A stretch of DNA of 64,000 bases from Selaginella moellendorffii (taxonomy: Eukaryota; Plantae; Lycopodiophyta), in NCBI RefSeq assembly GCF_000143415.4, contig NW_003314355.1, positions 329,410 through 393,409 on the forward strand, read 5' to 3'. This document shows, in pieces, positions 37,110-50,399 of this stretch. Both the position numbers and the translations under genes were made by a program. The stretch's first letter is position 1, and each line of letters opens with the position of its first letter. A model generated the notes under the pieces. It worked only from the letters and a program-made list of their open reading frames with translations. It made no database searches and had not been told where the DNA came from.

Positions 37110-39003
37110 TTAGAGCCTGGGAAGGGGAATGTGTGTTGCTTGTATGCTCCTGACAACGTTGGACTCGAGGATGTCGATCATGGTAGGATCTCTAGCGCAC
37201 CGCGGCACCTTGAACTGGGCGACGCTCCCCTCCCTGTTGGAAACCACGTAGTCGACAATCCGATCGAAGGTCCCGTTCTGCAGGAGCTTGATCTCCATGG
37301 CTCCCACGCTGCCTTCTCTCCGATTCCTCAGGTAAACCACAGACAAGGACGACTCGAGCATCGAGCAGCACTCCTTCAGCTTGAGCAGCTCCACGCTCGA
37401 ATCCGAAACCGGCAAGGAGAGCTCCCAGTAGACCACGTAGTGGCCCGGATGCGAGCAGAGATCGACCCTGCTCGTGTAGTCCACCACAAAAACATCCTGC
37501 GGCAGCAAAGAGCAGGCGTTGACGACCGCGGTGTGGAGCTCGAGCTCGTCAGTCTTGTCCGTGTCGACGCTGAGGAGCACTCCCGCGCGGCGGACGAAGG
37601 CAAACTGCGGCGCGCTGTTGTAGAAATCCACCACTCGCAGCACGTCCCCGACCCTGTATCTGTACAGCCCCGCGCGATTCGTGATGACGAGCTCGTACTC
37701 CTTCCCGAGCTCCACGTCTGCCAGCTCCACAAGATCACCACTGGAGCTGTTCTTACAGTTCACTGGGAGGAACTCGTAGTATGCGAAGGAAGGGAAGATG
37801 GTGTAGAGGATTGGCGATGGAGGGGAGAGAGGACTCAAGTTGACCCCGAGGCTGCTGCACTCGGAGGAAGCGTAGAGCGGCGAGGCGATGGGCAATTCGC
37901 CGCTGAGGAAGTCGATGACCGGGACATACTGCTGCATGGATCCGGTGACGATGGTCTGGATGACTCGGGCGTTCGGGAAGAGGCGAGTGATGATCCCGCG
38001 CCAGTTCTTCTTGCTGCACTCGCGTTCGATCGCGTCGGCCAGCTCTGGATTTGGCTTCCGCAGCACCGCGTTCACGGCGTGCTTTACCGAGAGGTCCGAG
38101 ATGATGTTGGAGTTAACTTTGCCGGATCGGATGTCCTGGCACAAGTCTCTCCAGCAATCGCTGAGGCGTTTCATACTCCGGACCAGAGTCGACGCGAATG
38201 GCGCGCCGAGTGTGGCGACTTGGGTGGACTGGACGAGGCCGCACAGGAGGTGCGCGTAGCTGGATTGATCGAAGTCGACGCAGAGGAGAACTTGGTCTGG
38301 GCTGGTGAAGCCCGAGCTCGGATCGATCTTCCGGTTGAGAAACGCGGGGCTGGTGAAGTATCCGCTGAGACCCGAGCAAGTTACGACTCCTCCGGGGGTT
38401 ACTCCGGGTTTTCGCACGTAGATGAACTGCAGGCTCTTGCCTTGGATCGGTATTTGTCTGGAGAAAAAGAGAAACAACGATTTGAGTGAGATAATCTGTC
38501 AGCTTGACAAATGATATAACTCTCACTTGTTCAAGCAGGCGCGAGAGATTCTATTCATCAACACGGACTCGATGTCGTAAGTTTCCGACTTTGGGAAGAG
38601 CTTTTGCTTGCCACCCGAGGTGCCGGAGCTGCAAGTTAAACTTGTGTAAGTTTCCACGGCGCCGGGAGATTTCTTTCAAGTTACGTTACCTTGTCAGCAT
38701 TTGACGGACTGGAGCATCGGTGAGAATTCTCGAGTCGTCGCCGCTGGCCATCCGCGTGATGTCGGATTCGATGTCCGTGTAGGACGAGAGCGGCATGGCT
38801 CGCTTGAAATCGTCGCGGCTTGGGACTCCACACAGGCCGTGTCGCTTGAAGTATTCTACGTTGGCATTCTTTGCGAGTATTTGCTCCAGAATGCCGGCTT
38901 GCACAGCGCCAACGTCGCGAGTTATGTCGCCAACAAAGTCGAGGATTTGATCGTCCGAGTCTCTGGTGTTCATGACGAGCTGAGCGTCATACCAGTGATC
39001 CAT
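37110..39003 (-). CDS. GH3: GH3 acyl-acid amido synthetase, 3 exons
   Basis: SSGTSGGKQKLFP, IVTGSMQQY, YASSE, GLYRYRVGD, LSVDTDKTDE, PGHYVVYWE and QFKVPRC. Confidence 0.96.
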
Positions 39004-39369
39004 AGCTCGAAAGCAGATCGCTTTAAACTATGCAAGCAAAGAACAAGGAATGCGGTAGGCTGGGAGAGATTTGGCAGAGATAGAGAAAGAGAGCGCTATC
39101 GATGATGGAACAAAGATTTACCAACTGCTGGCTTTTATAGAGAAAGAAGCCATTCACGAGTCACGACCAAAAAAAAGTCCGAATACTCTTTCTTTGAAAT
39201 CGTCGTCCTGCATGTTTTCACCGAGGAAAAAAGAGAGAGAGAGAGTCATAGTTGGAGCACACTTCGATCCGTGTGTAAACTTCGGCCAATCAATGTTGAA
39301 GTCAGCAATATACTAGAAACCTGAAACCTCGTAGCCTCCTAAAACCCGACCGTGACGTATTCACAAGAA

Positions 39370-41291
39370 TCAATCCCTGTGGTTATCTCCGTTGGGGTCA
39401 TTGTCGTCGTCACTGTTGACGGCCATGCTCATGTTCTTCCTGCCGCTCTCGTTCCTTTGCCTATCGTCTTCCAAACGAAAGTCATGAGTCTCCGAGGGAG
39501 CGTCTCTCACAAAACTTTGAAAGACTTACCGCCGCTCTCCTCGTCCGAAGTTTCTCCAACTTCTTCCAGTGCCCTTCGCAATGACTCCTCGTGCTCCTGG
39601 AACACAGAATTCATATCTTTGTTGGTACGCTACGAATCGCAGCTGTGCAACTTACTTTCGCTAGTCGTTTGGCGTGTTCGATTTTAGCAGGGTCGGCGTC
39701 GTGTTCCAGCTCTTGAACCTGGACAAGGGAGAGTTTCTGTGTGATTTCACCGATCAAAAGTATAATGCACCACGCATGTCTTACTTGCTTTATCAACGAA
39801 TCTACGGATGGAAGTTTGTATTTACGCTCTCCTTTCGATTTATGCTGGAAGCTCACACTGGGCTTCTCTATTCGTTTCTTGGATCCCTGATGCTTGTCTG
39901 CAGACGAGTTTTTCTTTCCGGGTTGATGTTTGCCATTGGCCTGTATATCCTCTGGGGCCATCTACGGAAGGAAGACCCGAAGGTCATCAGTCCAATCGTC
40001 TGTACAACGAAGCCTACCTTGGAGAGGTCTACCCGCTCAGAACTTTCCTTCTCGGTACCCATATCGTACACCAAAGTATGGGTCCCCTGCAAGAAGCACA
40101 AGGAAAAACGCGTTGAATATCTGACGAGGTACTGTAACGTACATCTTCCTTGTGGAAATCTCGGACGAAGGCCTCGTAGAAATTGTTATCATCTGGCCAG
40201 CGCATTTTTATAAACTGGCCCACCCATCGATCCTCTAGCGCATCCCTCTTCTTACCTTGCGAAGGACCTCTTCCTTGACTAGAGATCTTGTCCGAGCTCT
40301 GTAGAAAGGGAACCATTAGACAAGGTTTTAAAAACCGAGGAACATCAAAGGTGGTCTAGGCAGCTGAAGTAGCTAACCCCTTTGCTCTTGCCTCTTGTCG
40401 GAGCTGCTCCACCTTTCTTGGACATAGATTTAGGAACTGGAGCTGGCGCCGGAGGAGGTGGCTGCGGCGGGGGTGGAGCAGGAGGCATCGCTACCTGATG
40501 AGAAACAGCGCCAGTCTTTTGCTTCTTCCGAGATTGCGGGACAAGTTGAGAAGAATGTAACTGTTGCGGAGCACTGGCCGTCGCATTAGCGCCCGAGGGC
40601 ATGGCTTGATCGTTTCCAGACTGCTTCAAATCCCTGGAGGTGTACCAAAACGAAGGTGAGCAAGAGCAAACTTTGAGGACACGCAAATTTCACCTTATCT
40701 GACGTAGAGAATCATCACCAGCCACTTTAGCAAGAAGGTCGCGATGTTGCGCGTCAGTAACTCTGAGTTCCTTCCGCAAGTCGGAGATAAGACGCTCTTT
40801 GGCCTGCCAGTAGCCTGACACGAGTGAGCAACGCTTTCAACGAAGGTATAACCAAATCTAGTTTTTCTTCTTGTTTTACCCAGCTGATGTTCTCCGACTG
40901 TGCTCCGAAGGCACGAAGAACAGCGGTGTACGCATCTTGTTCTAGTGTTCGTATCAAGTGGTCGATGCCCTTCCCTCCATTCGCTGCTCCAGCTTTGCCA
41001 TTTCCAGCCAGTGCTCTAGAGTTACTTGCTCTAGGCACAGCAAGCGATGGTGGCAAATCATCATCGGTTCCTAGGAAAATAAAAACAAATGACTCCAAGT
41101 GGAAGTAAAAGAGAGAAAAAAAAAAAAAGGCTCCCAATCGATCCCTGCAAGCAGGCAATTCAGCCGCATTCCATTCCACTGCTGCTGCATTACCGCTCAA
41201 GCATCGAACGCAAACGCTCCAGGCCAGGGGTTTGAGGGAATCCGGAACGGCAGGAGGACTTACCGCTGCTATCGGAGCGCCGCATCTCCAT
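39370..41291 (-). CDS. EMSY-like protein (ENT domain plus Tudor/Agenet-like domain)
   Basis: DSSG/TDDDLPPS; ENT segment IRTLEQDAYTAVLRAFGAQSENISW; MRWPDDNNFYEA; HTLVYDMGT. Confidence 0.9.
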
Positions 41292-41528
41292 CTCCCTCGA
41301 AATCCCAGCTGCCGCCTTGGCCGCCGCTCGCCAGCTAGCTCGAACTAAGCCCTTGCCGCCATCGCCGTTCCAAGCCCTTCGAGCGTCATAGCGCTCGCGA
41401 ATCGCGCGCCGTTCCGTACACTATGGCCAAGATAATTCAGCCCACCTATTTCTCAATCTCCGCCGTCCATCGAGCACAAGCTCTATCCACCGTCCGTTGT
41501 GGAGGAATTAGGGTTCTTGAGTGGAAGT

Positions 41529-42395
41529 ATGCTGAAGATCAGGCTCAAGGCGCAGGAATCGCCGCCGGCGCAACGCAAGGAGGAGAGGAGTAAGCAGGAG
41601 GATGTGGCAGTACCGCGATCCATGGTGCCGCCGCATTTGTCCCGCGAGCAGCTTCCCGAAGCCCGAGGGGCGGGAATTGCCAGCAGCGTCGCCGAGATCA
41701 AAATCCTTGGCTACGCAGTGCAGCGCAGGAATGGGGATAAGGTCCACATCTGCACGCGTTGTAATTTTCCCATCGCGATCTACGGCCGGCTGGTAAGAGC
41801 GAAGAAGCAGTGAATTCTTTCTTTGTCCTTCTCGATTGTAATATTGTTCTTGACAGCATCCATGCGAGCACATTTTCTGCCTAACGTGTGCGAGGAAGGA
41901 TTCCATCTGCTTCTTGTAAGTTCTTCCAGAATTTTTTCTTTCTCGATGATCAAGTAGAAATTTCATTGTTGCTTTCCTAGATGTGATGAGAAGGTTTCAC
42001 GAGTAAGGAAGATCGAAGCACTGGATGGCGTCTTCATCTGCGGTGCCCCTCGGTGCCTCAAATCGTTCCTGGAAAAACAGGCTTTCGAGCATCACGTCAA
42101 GGACCAACACAAGGATCTAGTACCGGGTACCAACATGAAGCACGAAGAAAAGATGATCACCGACGAGAAGAAACCACAATCTAGCGAGAGACAATCTCGA
42201 CAGCAGCAGTTTCGCAACGCTCAACACCAGAAACAAATGGATCAGCTCAAGCAAAAAGCTCCAAAGTTTGGCTATTCTCCCAGCCTCCCAGATTACAGCA
42301 CAATACAACAAGACGGACAAAACTTCTACGCCGCCTATCCTCAACTAGACGACCAGTTGCAAGCCAGATGGAACCAACCTCCTGGCTTTGGTTAG
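41529..42395 (+). CDS. HAKAI: HAKAI-like RING E3 ligase (m6A writer complex subunit)
   Basis: MLKIRL; KVHICTRCNFPIAIYGRL/PCEHIFCLTCARKDSICFL/CDE..FICGAPRCLKSF..HVKDQH. Confidence 0.9.
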
Positions 42396-42420
42396 ATTCG
42401 GGCTCCAGGCTTCTCTCCGC

Positions 42421-44471
42421 TCAGCTATACTGCGACGGCGTGATCACATCATCAATCTTGAGGATCATCTTCACCACCTGAGTTGCGAGGAGAATCTGTT
42501 GCTTCTTCCCAATCAACGTCTCGAAAACGTTCTGCTCCTTCATGTCGTTCGTCTTAACATCGTTGCAGTCGATTCCGAGGTGGGGATTTTTCTCCTGTCA
42601 ACAAAAAACAATCTTGTTGACTATAGCTCAAATGCGAAACAACAAGAGCTACCTTGATCTGCTGGGCTTTCACGGCTGTCAATGTATCGATTGGTTGCAA
42701 GCCACTGTTCTCAGCCAGCGCCATGGGAACTCCATCAAGAGCGTCGGCGAAAGCTCGAACGGCATACTGTTTAAGAGGAAAAGAAAATCAGCTCATTCTA
42801 ACTTATCAGAGGGCCAAAAGATTACCTGTTCGACGCCTGGAATCCGATCTGCAGCAGCTTCCACCGCGATGGAGCATGCAATCTCGGCAGACCCTCCTCC
42901 GTAAACGATAGAATTATCACGGATGAGGTTCCGCGCAACGCATAATGCATCATGGATACTACGTTTTGTCTCCTCGACCATCATCTTGCTAGCTGTAAAC
43001 AACCAGCGTCATTCTCGTGATCCGACAAGTACGAAAACACATACCTCCCCGAATAAATATTGTCACTGCCCGAGAGTTGGCACACTGCTCAATGTAAAGC
43101 ATCCTATCTTTTGTCGTCCCAAAAGACTTCTCCCGCACTATCCCAGCCTGAAATGCCTATCAGTAAGAATACGAAAACGAAGTGCCTGCGACATACCCGT
43201 CCAAGCTTCTCGGGCGTCAGCTCCTGAAATCTGGGCACAATCCTGCCACCTGCAAGTATAATATGAGAAAACACGAGTAGAAGAGAGGATGTAGCTCACC
43301 TGTGGCAATAGCAATGAGCTCCAGTTCAACACCTCCGACCCATCGAACAGCCGGCAGACCACGATGCATCAACAGATGGTTTGCTTCATCGTCAAATCCC
43401 CACTGGCAGATAACAAGCGTAGCACCAACATCCTACAGGCAAAGAACCGAATTGAGACAAAAAGAGAAAAAGCAAGGCGAAAACGCATACCTTGCACTTC
43501 TGCACCATCTCATCAAAGTACTTCTTCTCGGCTTCTCGAAGTGCCTCGAATTTCTCGGTGGAATCAATGTCGATCTTATGCTTGGTCTTTGGCTTCGGCG
43601 GCTCGAAGGGACACGTCAAGATTGCAATCTTCGCATCTTCTATCCTCTTGGGCATTTGTGGATGGCTCATGTCTTTGTCAACAACAATGCCGTAGACAAG
43701 CTCCGTGTCCTCCAATTTACCGCCAACCTTTCCCTCGACCTTGATCAGATCCAGGTTCACATCCTTCCTCTCCAGATCTGCAACCGCGAGAACAGCTTTG
43801 ACGGCAATCTCCGCGAGCAATGCCTTGCAGCGATTGACACTAGAAAGAAAAGAATAGAAATGTTGGAATGGAATGCTAGAGAAAAAGAAGAACCAGCTTA
43901 CATCTTTGAAGAAAGCGTTGTCATGCAAGTCTGAACTAGCGGCTGGATGTTGGTGGAGCTGAACTCAAAGCTGTGAGAGATCTTCGACAGATGGTCCACA
44001 GCAATCCTAGCAGCCTGCTCGTAGCCCTCGGCAACACGAATAGGATGAATCCCTCGTTCAAGAAGGATCTCGGCCTGTTCGAGCAGCGCCCCGGCTGTGA
44101 CTACCACACCAGTGGTTCCATCGCCAATCTCATAATCCTGGCTCCTGGAGAGCTCCACCATGAGCTTTCCGATCTGATTCTCCACTTCCATCTGCTCTAA
44201 GATGGTAGCGCCATCGTTCGCTAGAAACGAAACCATCAGACAATGCAATGCCGCAAAGAGAAGTATACTTACAGATTGTGACATCGCCATCGCCGCTCTG
44301 GAGCATTTTGTCCATGCCTTTCGGGCCCAGAGACGTCCGGAGGATGCGAGCGACGGATTTGGCCGCCATAATATTCGCCTTCTGAGCTTCCAAACCTTTC
44401 GCTCGAGTCTTCTGCTCCTGCTCGCGGAGAATGATGAACGGCCGCCCATACTCGTCGAATGCGAGCGCCAT
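42421..44471 (-). CDS. CCT5: T-complex protein 1 subunit epsilon
   Basis: [19 protein letters not shown]; [11 protein letters not shown]; GDGTTGVVV; [11 protein letters not shown]; [11 protein letters not shown]; stop at 42423-42421. Confidence 0.97.
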
Positions 44472-44696
44472 CGCCGCGCAAGCAAAAAGCCAAGAACCCT
44501 ACCCAAGAACCCTAAAAAGCAAGTCCTATGGAGACAAATCCACACCGTTGGACTTCTTCCCACCGTTGGATCGGGAAATCATAACTGCGACAGAACCGCA
44601 AGGGGTATAGAACTGTTAAGTTAGGTTAAATTCAAAGAGAATGCGGTAGAGCGAAAGGAAAAACAAGAGACGACGATCGATCGCGCTGTGGCTGGA

Positions 44697-47600
44697 ATGA
44701 GAATCACGACGCAATCCAAGGTATGGCCTCGTCGATTCAGGATCGATATGGATGAGAATGCCGCTGCGCAATGACAGATGCAAGCTCCTCAGTCCGCTGA
44801 GGATCATAATACCGTCGATAGCGGGAGCAAAGGCGGAGGAGCTAGCTTGTCATCGCCATTGATCAAGCAAGGGGACACCGAGAGCGTCGGGGGCACAAAT
44901 CACAGCTCCGCGGCGCCGACGAGGCCCAAACTCGTGAAACCGCGGCTCAGAGCTGAGGGATTGATGGTTCCTCCTGCCTCCGATGCCGCTACTCTTCGTC
45001 GCCAAGTCGCTGCTCTCCAGGCTGATGTGGAAGCACACATTGGAGCCGAGCAAAGGCTCCAAAGTTTCAACCAGCAGCTAACCGAAAGGTATGAGCGAGC
45101 ATGAAGAAAAACTATCGGCCTTTCCATTTTCGATTGCTTTTCTTTTGGCAAAGCTAGGCTCGAGATTTACATGAAACAGAACCATGAGAACCTGGAGAGG
45201 GCTGCGAGTGAGATGAACACACTCCATCAAGACATGGAGCAGACCCTCGAGTTGCAGAAAAAATTGTCCAAGAGGTGAGGCTGCCTGGTTGCTACAGTGC
45301 TTTTATGTTTGATGTGTTTACTGCAGAGCAAGCGTCCTGGAAGGGGAGAAAAAAGAACTTGAGCAGACATTGCAAGATTATTTGCAGATGTTTGAAACGG
45401 AGCGAATGGCTTTGCAAAAGAAAGTGACTGCGTTGAGTTCAGATGTTAGCGAACGATCTGAGGCGGATACTGAAGCAAAAGCTCTCCAGGTCTTTTCTCT
45501 TTCCTTTTTTTCTTTTTTATGTTTCCTCTAATGCTTATGGCTGGCAGATGGAGTTGGAAAAAACGCAAGAAATGAATGAAAGCCTTCGCAACATTCTCAA
45601 GAAAAACGCTTCTGACGCAATTGAGCTCAAGAAAAAAATTGAGGAATATAGCAGCAGGCTTCAGAGCCTTCTTGCCGAGGTTGGAGCCGCTTAGTTTAAA
45701 CTAAGCGAACTAAATTTCTTTGGTACGAGAAAAGTATGATATCCTAAAAGCGTGAATCCGGCGTCTTCGAATTTTTGCAGGAGAAGCGAGATGAAGAAGC
45801 TGAGAAAAGATACAGGAAGGCAATGTTGAAGCGGTTTTTTGCAAAGCTTAAGAAAGGCCTTTATGTGGAAGCCTGCACACAGTCTGAAAGGAAGTCTGCT
45901 GACAGATTGTTCAAGCTACCGTGCTGCAGAAAGGGATTTGAAGCATTGCGAGTCGCCACAAGAAGATCAAGAAAATTGCGGATGGCAAAAACCAGTCAGA
46001 CCGCGGTAAGTAAGTTTGCTTACAATTAGAAGTCTACTCACGGTACGGCATTGCAGGCTTTTCTACGAGACTTCTGGAGCGAATGGCGACTTGTGACACT
46101 TCGACAAAGGAAGCATGCGAAACTAGTCAGTCGACACCGACGGTCCGAACTGCTGAAGTCGTTTTATGGCTGGAAGAATCTGGTTTACGCGTACCAGAAC
46201 CAGTGCGGGCAGTATGCCGATGTTGCAGCTAAGCATTGGCGCGGTGGTCTTGTCAGGCGCGCATGGGATCACTGGCTGCAGTGGCTACTCGATTACTCAA
46301 GACCAAAGAAGAACAGGCTGCAAGAGGCTCTGTGGCATCTGCGAGATTTTACGATGACGATGGCTCTGGCTGCGTGGAAAGGTGTAGTTTTGAATAAATT
46401 GAGGAAACGTGTGAGGACGCAACAGGTGCTTTTCTTGAGAAGGCAATGGTGCCTAAGAGTCGTTTTCCACAAGTAAGTGCTGGGTAACTTGCTATGTTAA
46501 AGTTACGTTGTTGCATTCGCAGGTGGCTGCACATTGTAGAGGTGAAACAAGCTCGGAGATTTCTTCATCACAAAGCAAATAATTTCAGAAGGGGTCGCTG
46601 GTGCGATTTGGTCATGAGATGCTGGGATAAATATGTCAAAGGTAAGAGACGGATATCTGCGTCCAACTCAATTGCCCACGATTACTACAAAAAGAGTCTC
46701 AAGCGCCAGGTTCGTGTGTCTGTGTTTCTTATCTTTGTACCAAATTAATCTGCTTTGTCTTCACCCGTAGGAGCTGAAGATATGGAAACACAATATCGAG
46801 TTTTTGAAGGCCGAAGCGAAAGCTACGATGGGATTCAATCATGCTCTGATCAAGACAGCGATGGGGTTTTGGATGGATTACCACGTACTTCAATCCTTAA
46901 AGTTGTGTGATAACTGGCCAGCATGAACGATGTGCTGACTGCTTAGCTGACAGGAAGAAGAGGCAAAAGAAGGCCATCGTACATCGGCATAGAATTGAGT
47001 CTAAGGTGACGTTCTCGTTCTCTATCTCTCTCTTTTCTCAAAGAAAAGAAATATCGTGTGCTAAGGTGCTAAGGAGGATACTACTGATCTGGTGGGAAGA
47101 AATGGTTTGGACGAGGCATGCAAGTGAGATGCAGCATTCTTTAGCTTCCTGGTGGCAAGGTGCTCGTCTGCGAGCCGCTTTTCATTCTTGGATGCGTTCG
47201 ACATTTGGAAATGCATTGACAGCAAGTTTTAAGTGTCAGACTGATCTCCTTGAAGCAGTGGTACACTTTTCTTTTTTATTTTTTAGATTGCTTCATGAAC
47301 TTATTGCTCTTGTTTTTTAGGAGAAGTTCGAGGCTCAAAAGCATCGGACTACCACTGTGGACATTGAGAACCTTCACTTGATTGATCGCTTGCACATGAT
47401 GTCTTCGGAGATTGCTTTTCTAATGACAAGAATTGGTGACAAGTGTAAACGACAAGACGACCTTCAACATGCGCTTGAGGACGCAGCAATCATAGAAAGC
47501 TCGATGAGGGGGGATTTAGAACAAAAAATAATTCGCATTCTGGAGCTTGAAAAGGATGCCAATGTCCTGCAGGTACTGAATTTTATCATTTTGACAAGCT

Positions 47601-48369
47601 TGAAGTTCATAGTTTTCCCAGAAAAATCTGCAAAGGAAAAATTCAGAAGACGTAGCGGGAGAGGTGTACCATGCTCTGCATGTTCAAAGCTTGGAGCAAG
47701 CATTGAGGAACGTTCAAGTTGAGCTATCACAGAAGTCTGTGCAAGTAGATTCCTACGAAAAGGTGGGCTTTTTAATGTGCACGTTGAAGCGTGTAGTTTC
47801 ACCGATAGATTTATTTCAGGCTTTGAAGGAAACCGCAGATAAACTAGACGGAACATCTGATGAGTCGCACCAGAAGCTAAGCAGCGCTTTTCAGATTGCT
47901 GCTTCGTTAAGAAAGCTTCTTGAAGATCGTGAGAACCAATTTGCGGCTCTTGAAGGCAGCTCCCGGGTACGAGCTCGGTTTATTATCAAACATAAAACTT
48001 CCGAATTTTATTTATGCTGCACAGAGGAGAGACCTGGAGCTTCAAGAAATCCAAAAGAAGCTTTCATTAAGTAAGACCACGTTCATGGACACTTTGGAGG
48101 CTCGTGATACACGGATCAACGAGCTAGAAAAGCTACTACTCCAGAAACAATCGCAGGTATGTATCCAGAGAACGTGGTTTTTAGAGTTGATTCGAAATGG
48201 TGATGTCAACTAGATTGAGGAAGTCCAGCAAGATACACAAGACGTACAGCTGGCTATTAACATTCAAGACAATTGCTACAAGAAGCTCGAGTACGACATG
48301 AAGATTGGCTTCAGCCAGCAGTGGCAAGCGACGAAGACTCAGCAGACTTGCGAGAGGTGGTTTGCTTAG
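44697..48369 (+). CDS. Sfi1-like centrin-binding repeat protein with N- and C-terminal coiled coils (3' end uncertain)
   Basis: Repeats of the form A-x7-L-x3-F/W-x2-W: AAKHWRGGLVRRAWDHW, VSRHRRSELLKSFYGWK, ALWHLRDFTMTMALAAWK, LRVVFHKW, LRAAFHSW. First exon MRITTQSK, then a 57-nt intron. Confidence 0.72.
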
Positions 48370-48455
48370 CGGTACTTCATTTGTTTTTAGCCGAGTCACA
48401 CTTGAGATTTTATAAAGCAGTTTCCAGGGCGGCGTCTTATCGCATCGCTGGAGAA

Positions 48456-49521
48456 ATGTTGCGTTCTCCACACATTTTTAGCAGCCGTAGCTGTGGCTGC
48501 TGGCGCTGGAAATTGCAGCAATATGGCGAGGAGACACTAAGCCGACGCAGCAAAATACATTTCCAGTGCAGCAGCATCAAGGACGAGCGAGGCATCAGGT
48601 AAGCAGCGACTTCCAAAATGCTTGTAGTTTACTCACCGTGGAAAACAATTCCAGTCGAGAAGCAAGGATCAGAGAGGAGGTCATTTCTCCATTCCGTTCG
48701 CTGAGGCTGTTCTTATACCCAGCTCTGATGGCGAGTGCAACCATAGCGGCACTGACTGCTTTGCCACGGCTCATTGCTGCGCTCGCGAACTCTCCTAATG
48801 CAACAGTCGAGAACAACGCATCGCTCGGTCAAGTGCTGGAAGGTCTTGGAATAGACGTGACCGCCATCGTGATATTTGCGCTGCTCTACCGGTCCGACAC
48901 CAAGGCTCGAGACTTGCAACTCGCCAAGCTGAGCCGGGAGGAATCACTGGCTTCGCTGAGAGTTGAGCTGGGAAACAAGCGAGTCGCGACGCTGGAACAA
49001 ATGAGAGGAAGTGCTAGGTTCGTCATAATTGCCGGCCCGAAGTCCCATGTTGATCAAGCACTGGAGCTCAGTCTACCATTCCAGGAGCAGCTGCTAGAAC
49101 GTGGTGTGACGCTGGTTCCGTTTGTAACACCACCGGCAGCGTCTACAGAAGAATCCCAGAGTTCTTCCTTCCAGGCCCAAAAGTCACAGGCAAAAGATGA
49201 CGATTCAGCAGCGGCAGCAGCGGCAGCTCGGAGATGGATCGTGCTTCCAATCTACACCTCTGAATGGACAAAGTAAGTTTCGATTCTTTTTTTTTTTTTT
49301 TCCTTTAGTTGATGATGTACTTTGTCCCCAGATGGTTGAGCGAGCAAAAGAAGATTGCGAACATTCCAGAGGACAAACCAGTCTACTTGTCACTGAGAAT
49401 GGACGGACGAGTTAGAGGCAGCGGTGTGGGATTTCCTCCGTGGAGTGCTCTCGTTGCGCAGCTCCCGCCAGTCAGTGGTATGTGGCGTGGTGCTCTAGAC
49501 GGCATGGATGGCAGAGTATGA
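48456..49521 (+). CDS. LPA1-like (DUF3493) thylakoid membrane protein, TPR-less type
   Basis: Transit-like exon; REARIREEVISPFRSLRLFLY; two TM segments; VYLSLRMDGRVRGSGVGFPPW..GALDGMDGRV*. Confidence 0.88.
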
Positions 49522-50399
49522 ATCTACTGGAGAAAGTTTTTCTTTCCATAGTAGTACTAAGCATTCGGCTTCACAGGCCTAGCAACGACTTGTAACCTTC
49601 TCGCTGTCCATGGCCGTGGAGAAAACCCGTCGCAGCCAGCAATTTAGCTTGCCACCTCGAAGCCGCGGAGCAATGAGCTCGCTAGCACCTCTCGCAGCGT
49701 CGACGAATAATCTCGCAGGGCAGGCGCCGGCTCTCATCTTGTACAAGAACGCCAGTTGCCTGTCGCTAGAGCTGCTCTCAAACGAGCATGGTAGAGAATT
49801 CCTGTGTCAGCGGGTGGTAATGCGTGCATCCCACTGCTTCCACCAGATGCCGGAAAACCTGCCGCGAAGAACAAGCTCTTATAAGCTTTCACTCAGCCGA
49901 GAAGATAAAAGCTGAATTCAACTCACCGCGTAGGCGACAGCGTAACCATCAAAGTGGAGGTTCCCCGGCCAAGCTCGTCCTAACGCTTTTGATTGTATTC
50001 ATCTTTCAAGACGCATGGGATCACCAGCGAGTTGCTAGTTGCATGGCCACCATATACACTCGTATTGGAGCTCGTGATAGAGTCATGTCTGGCGAGAGTA
50101 AGCTACATATTACTTTCTTTTATTCAGGACCGATATACTTATGCCAATTCGGCACATTCATGGTCGAATGCGCAGAAGCTGGGTCCATCCTCTTCGACGA
50201 GGGATGCACCATTCACTTGGAACATAGCAGCCAAGCTGTGCAAAGAAAAGAAAGAAGCTGTAAAGCAAAAAAGTAAGGAAACTTCTTACTTGTGCCATGA
50301 GAGTAGCCACACACGTTGCTCTGAGCAATGTAAACTTCCCTCCCAGTTTGAGGCTTACCAAGGCAAAGTGCTCAATGCATCAACGATGGCTGTCCAGTG

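Noticed and set aside
37131-38489. 452-aa ORF antisense to GH3 (likewise long antisense ORFs over GALT, KDM5 and the P-class PPR)
   Set aside because: Shadow ORFs caused by GC-rich codon usage of the real gene; no recognisable domain.
9673-44471. Functional cluster of chromatin and RNA-processing genes (CBP20, KDM5, EMSY-like, HAKAI)
   Set aside because: They are interspersed with unrelated genes; chance is sufficient in a compact genome.
44748-44780. In-frame TGA just before MQAPQ (possible readthrough or selenocysteine)
   Set aside because: It lies inside a canonical 57-nt GT-AG intron (44721-44777) that joins MRITTQSK in frame.
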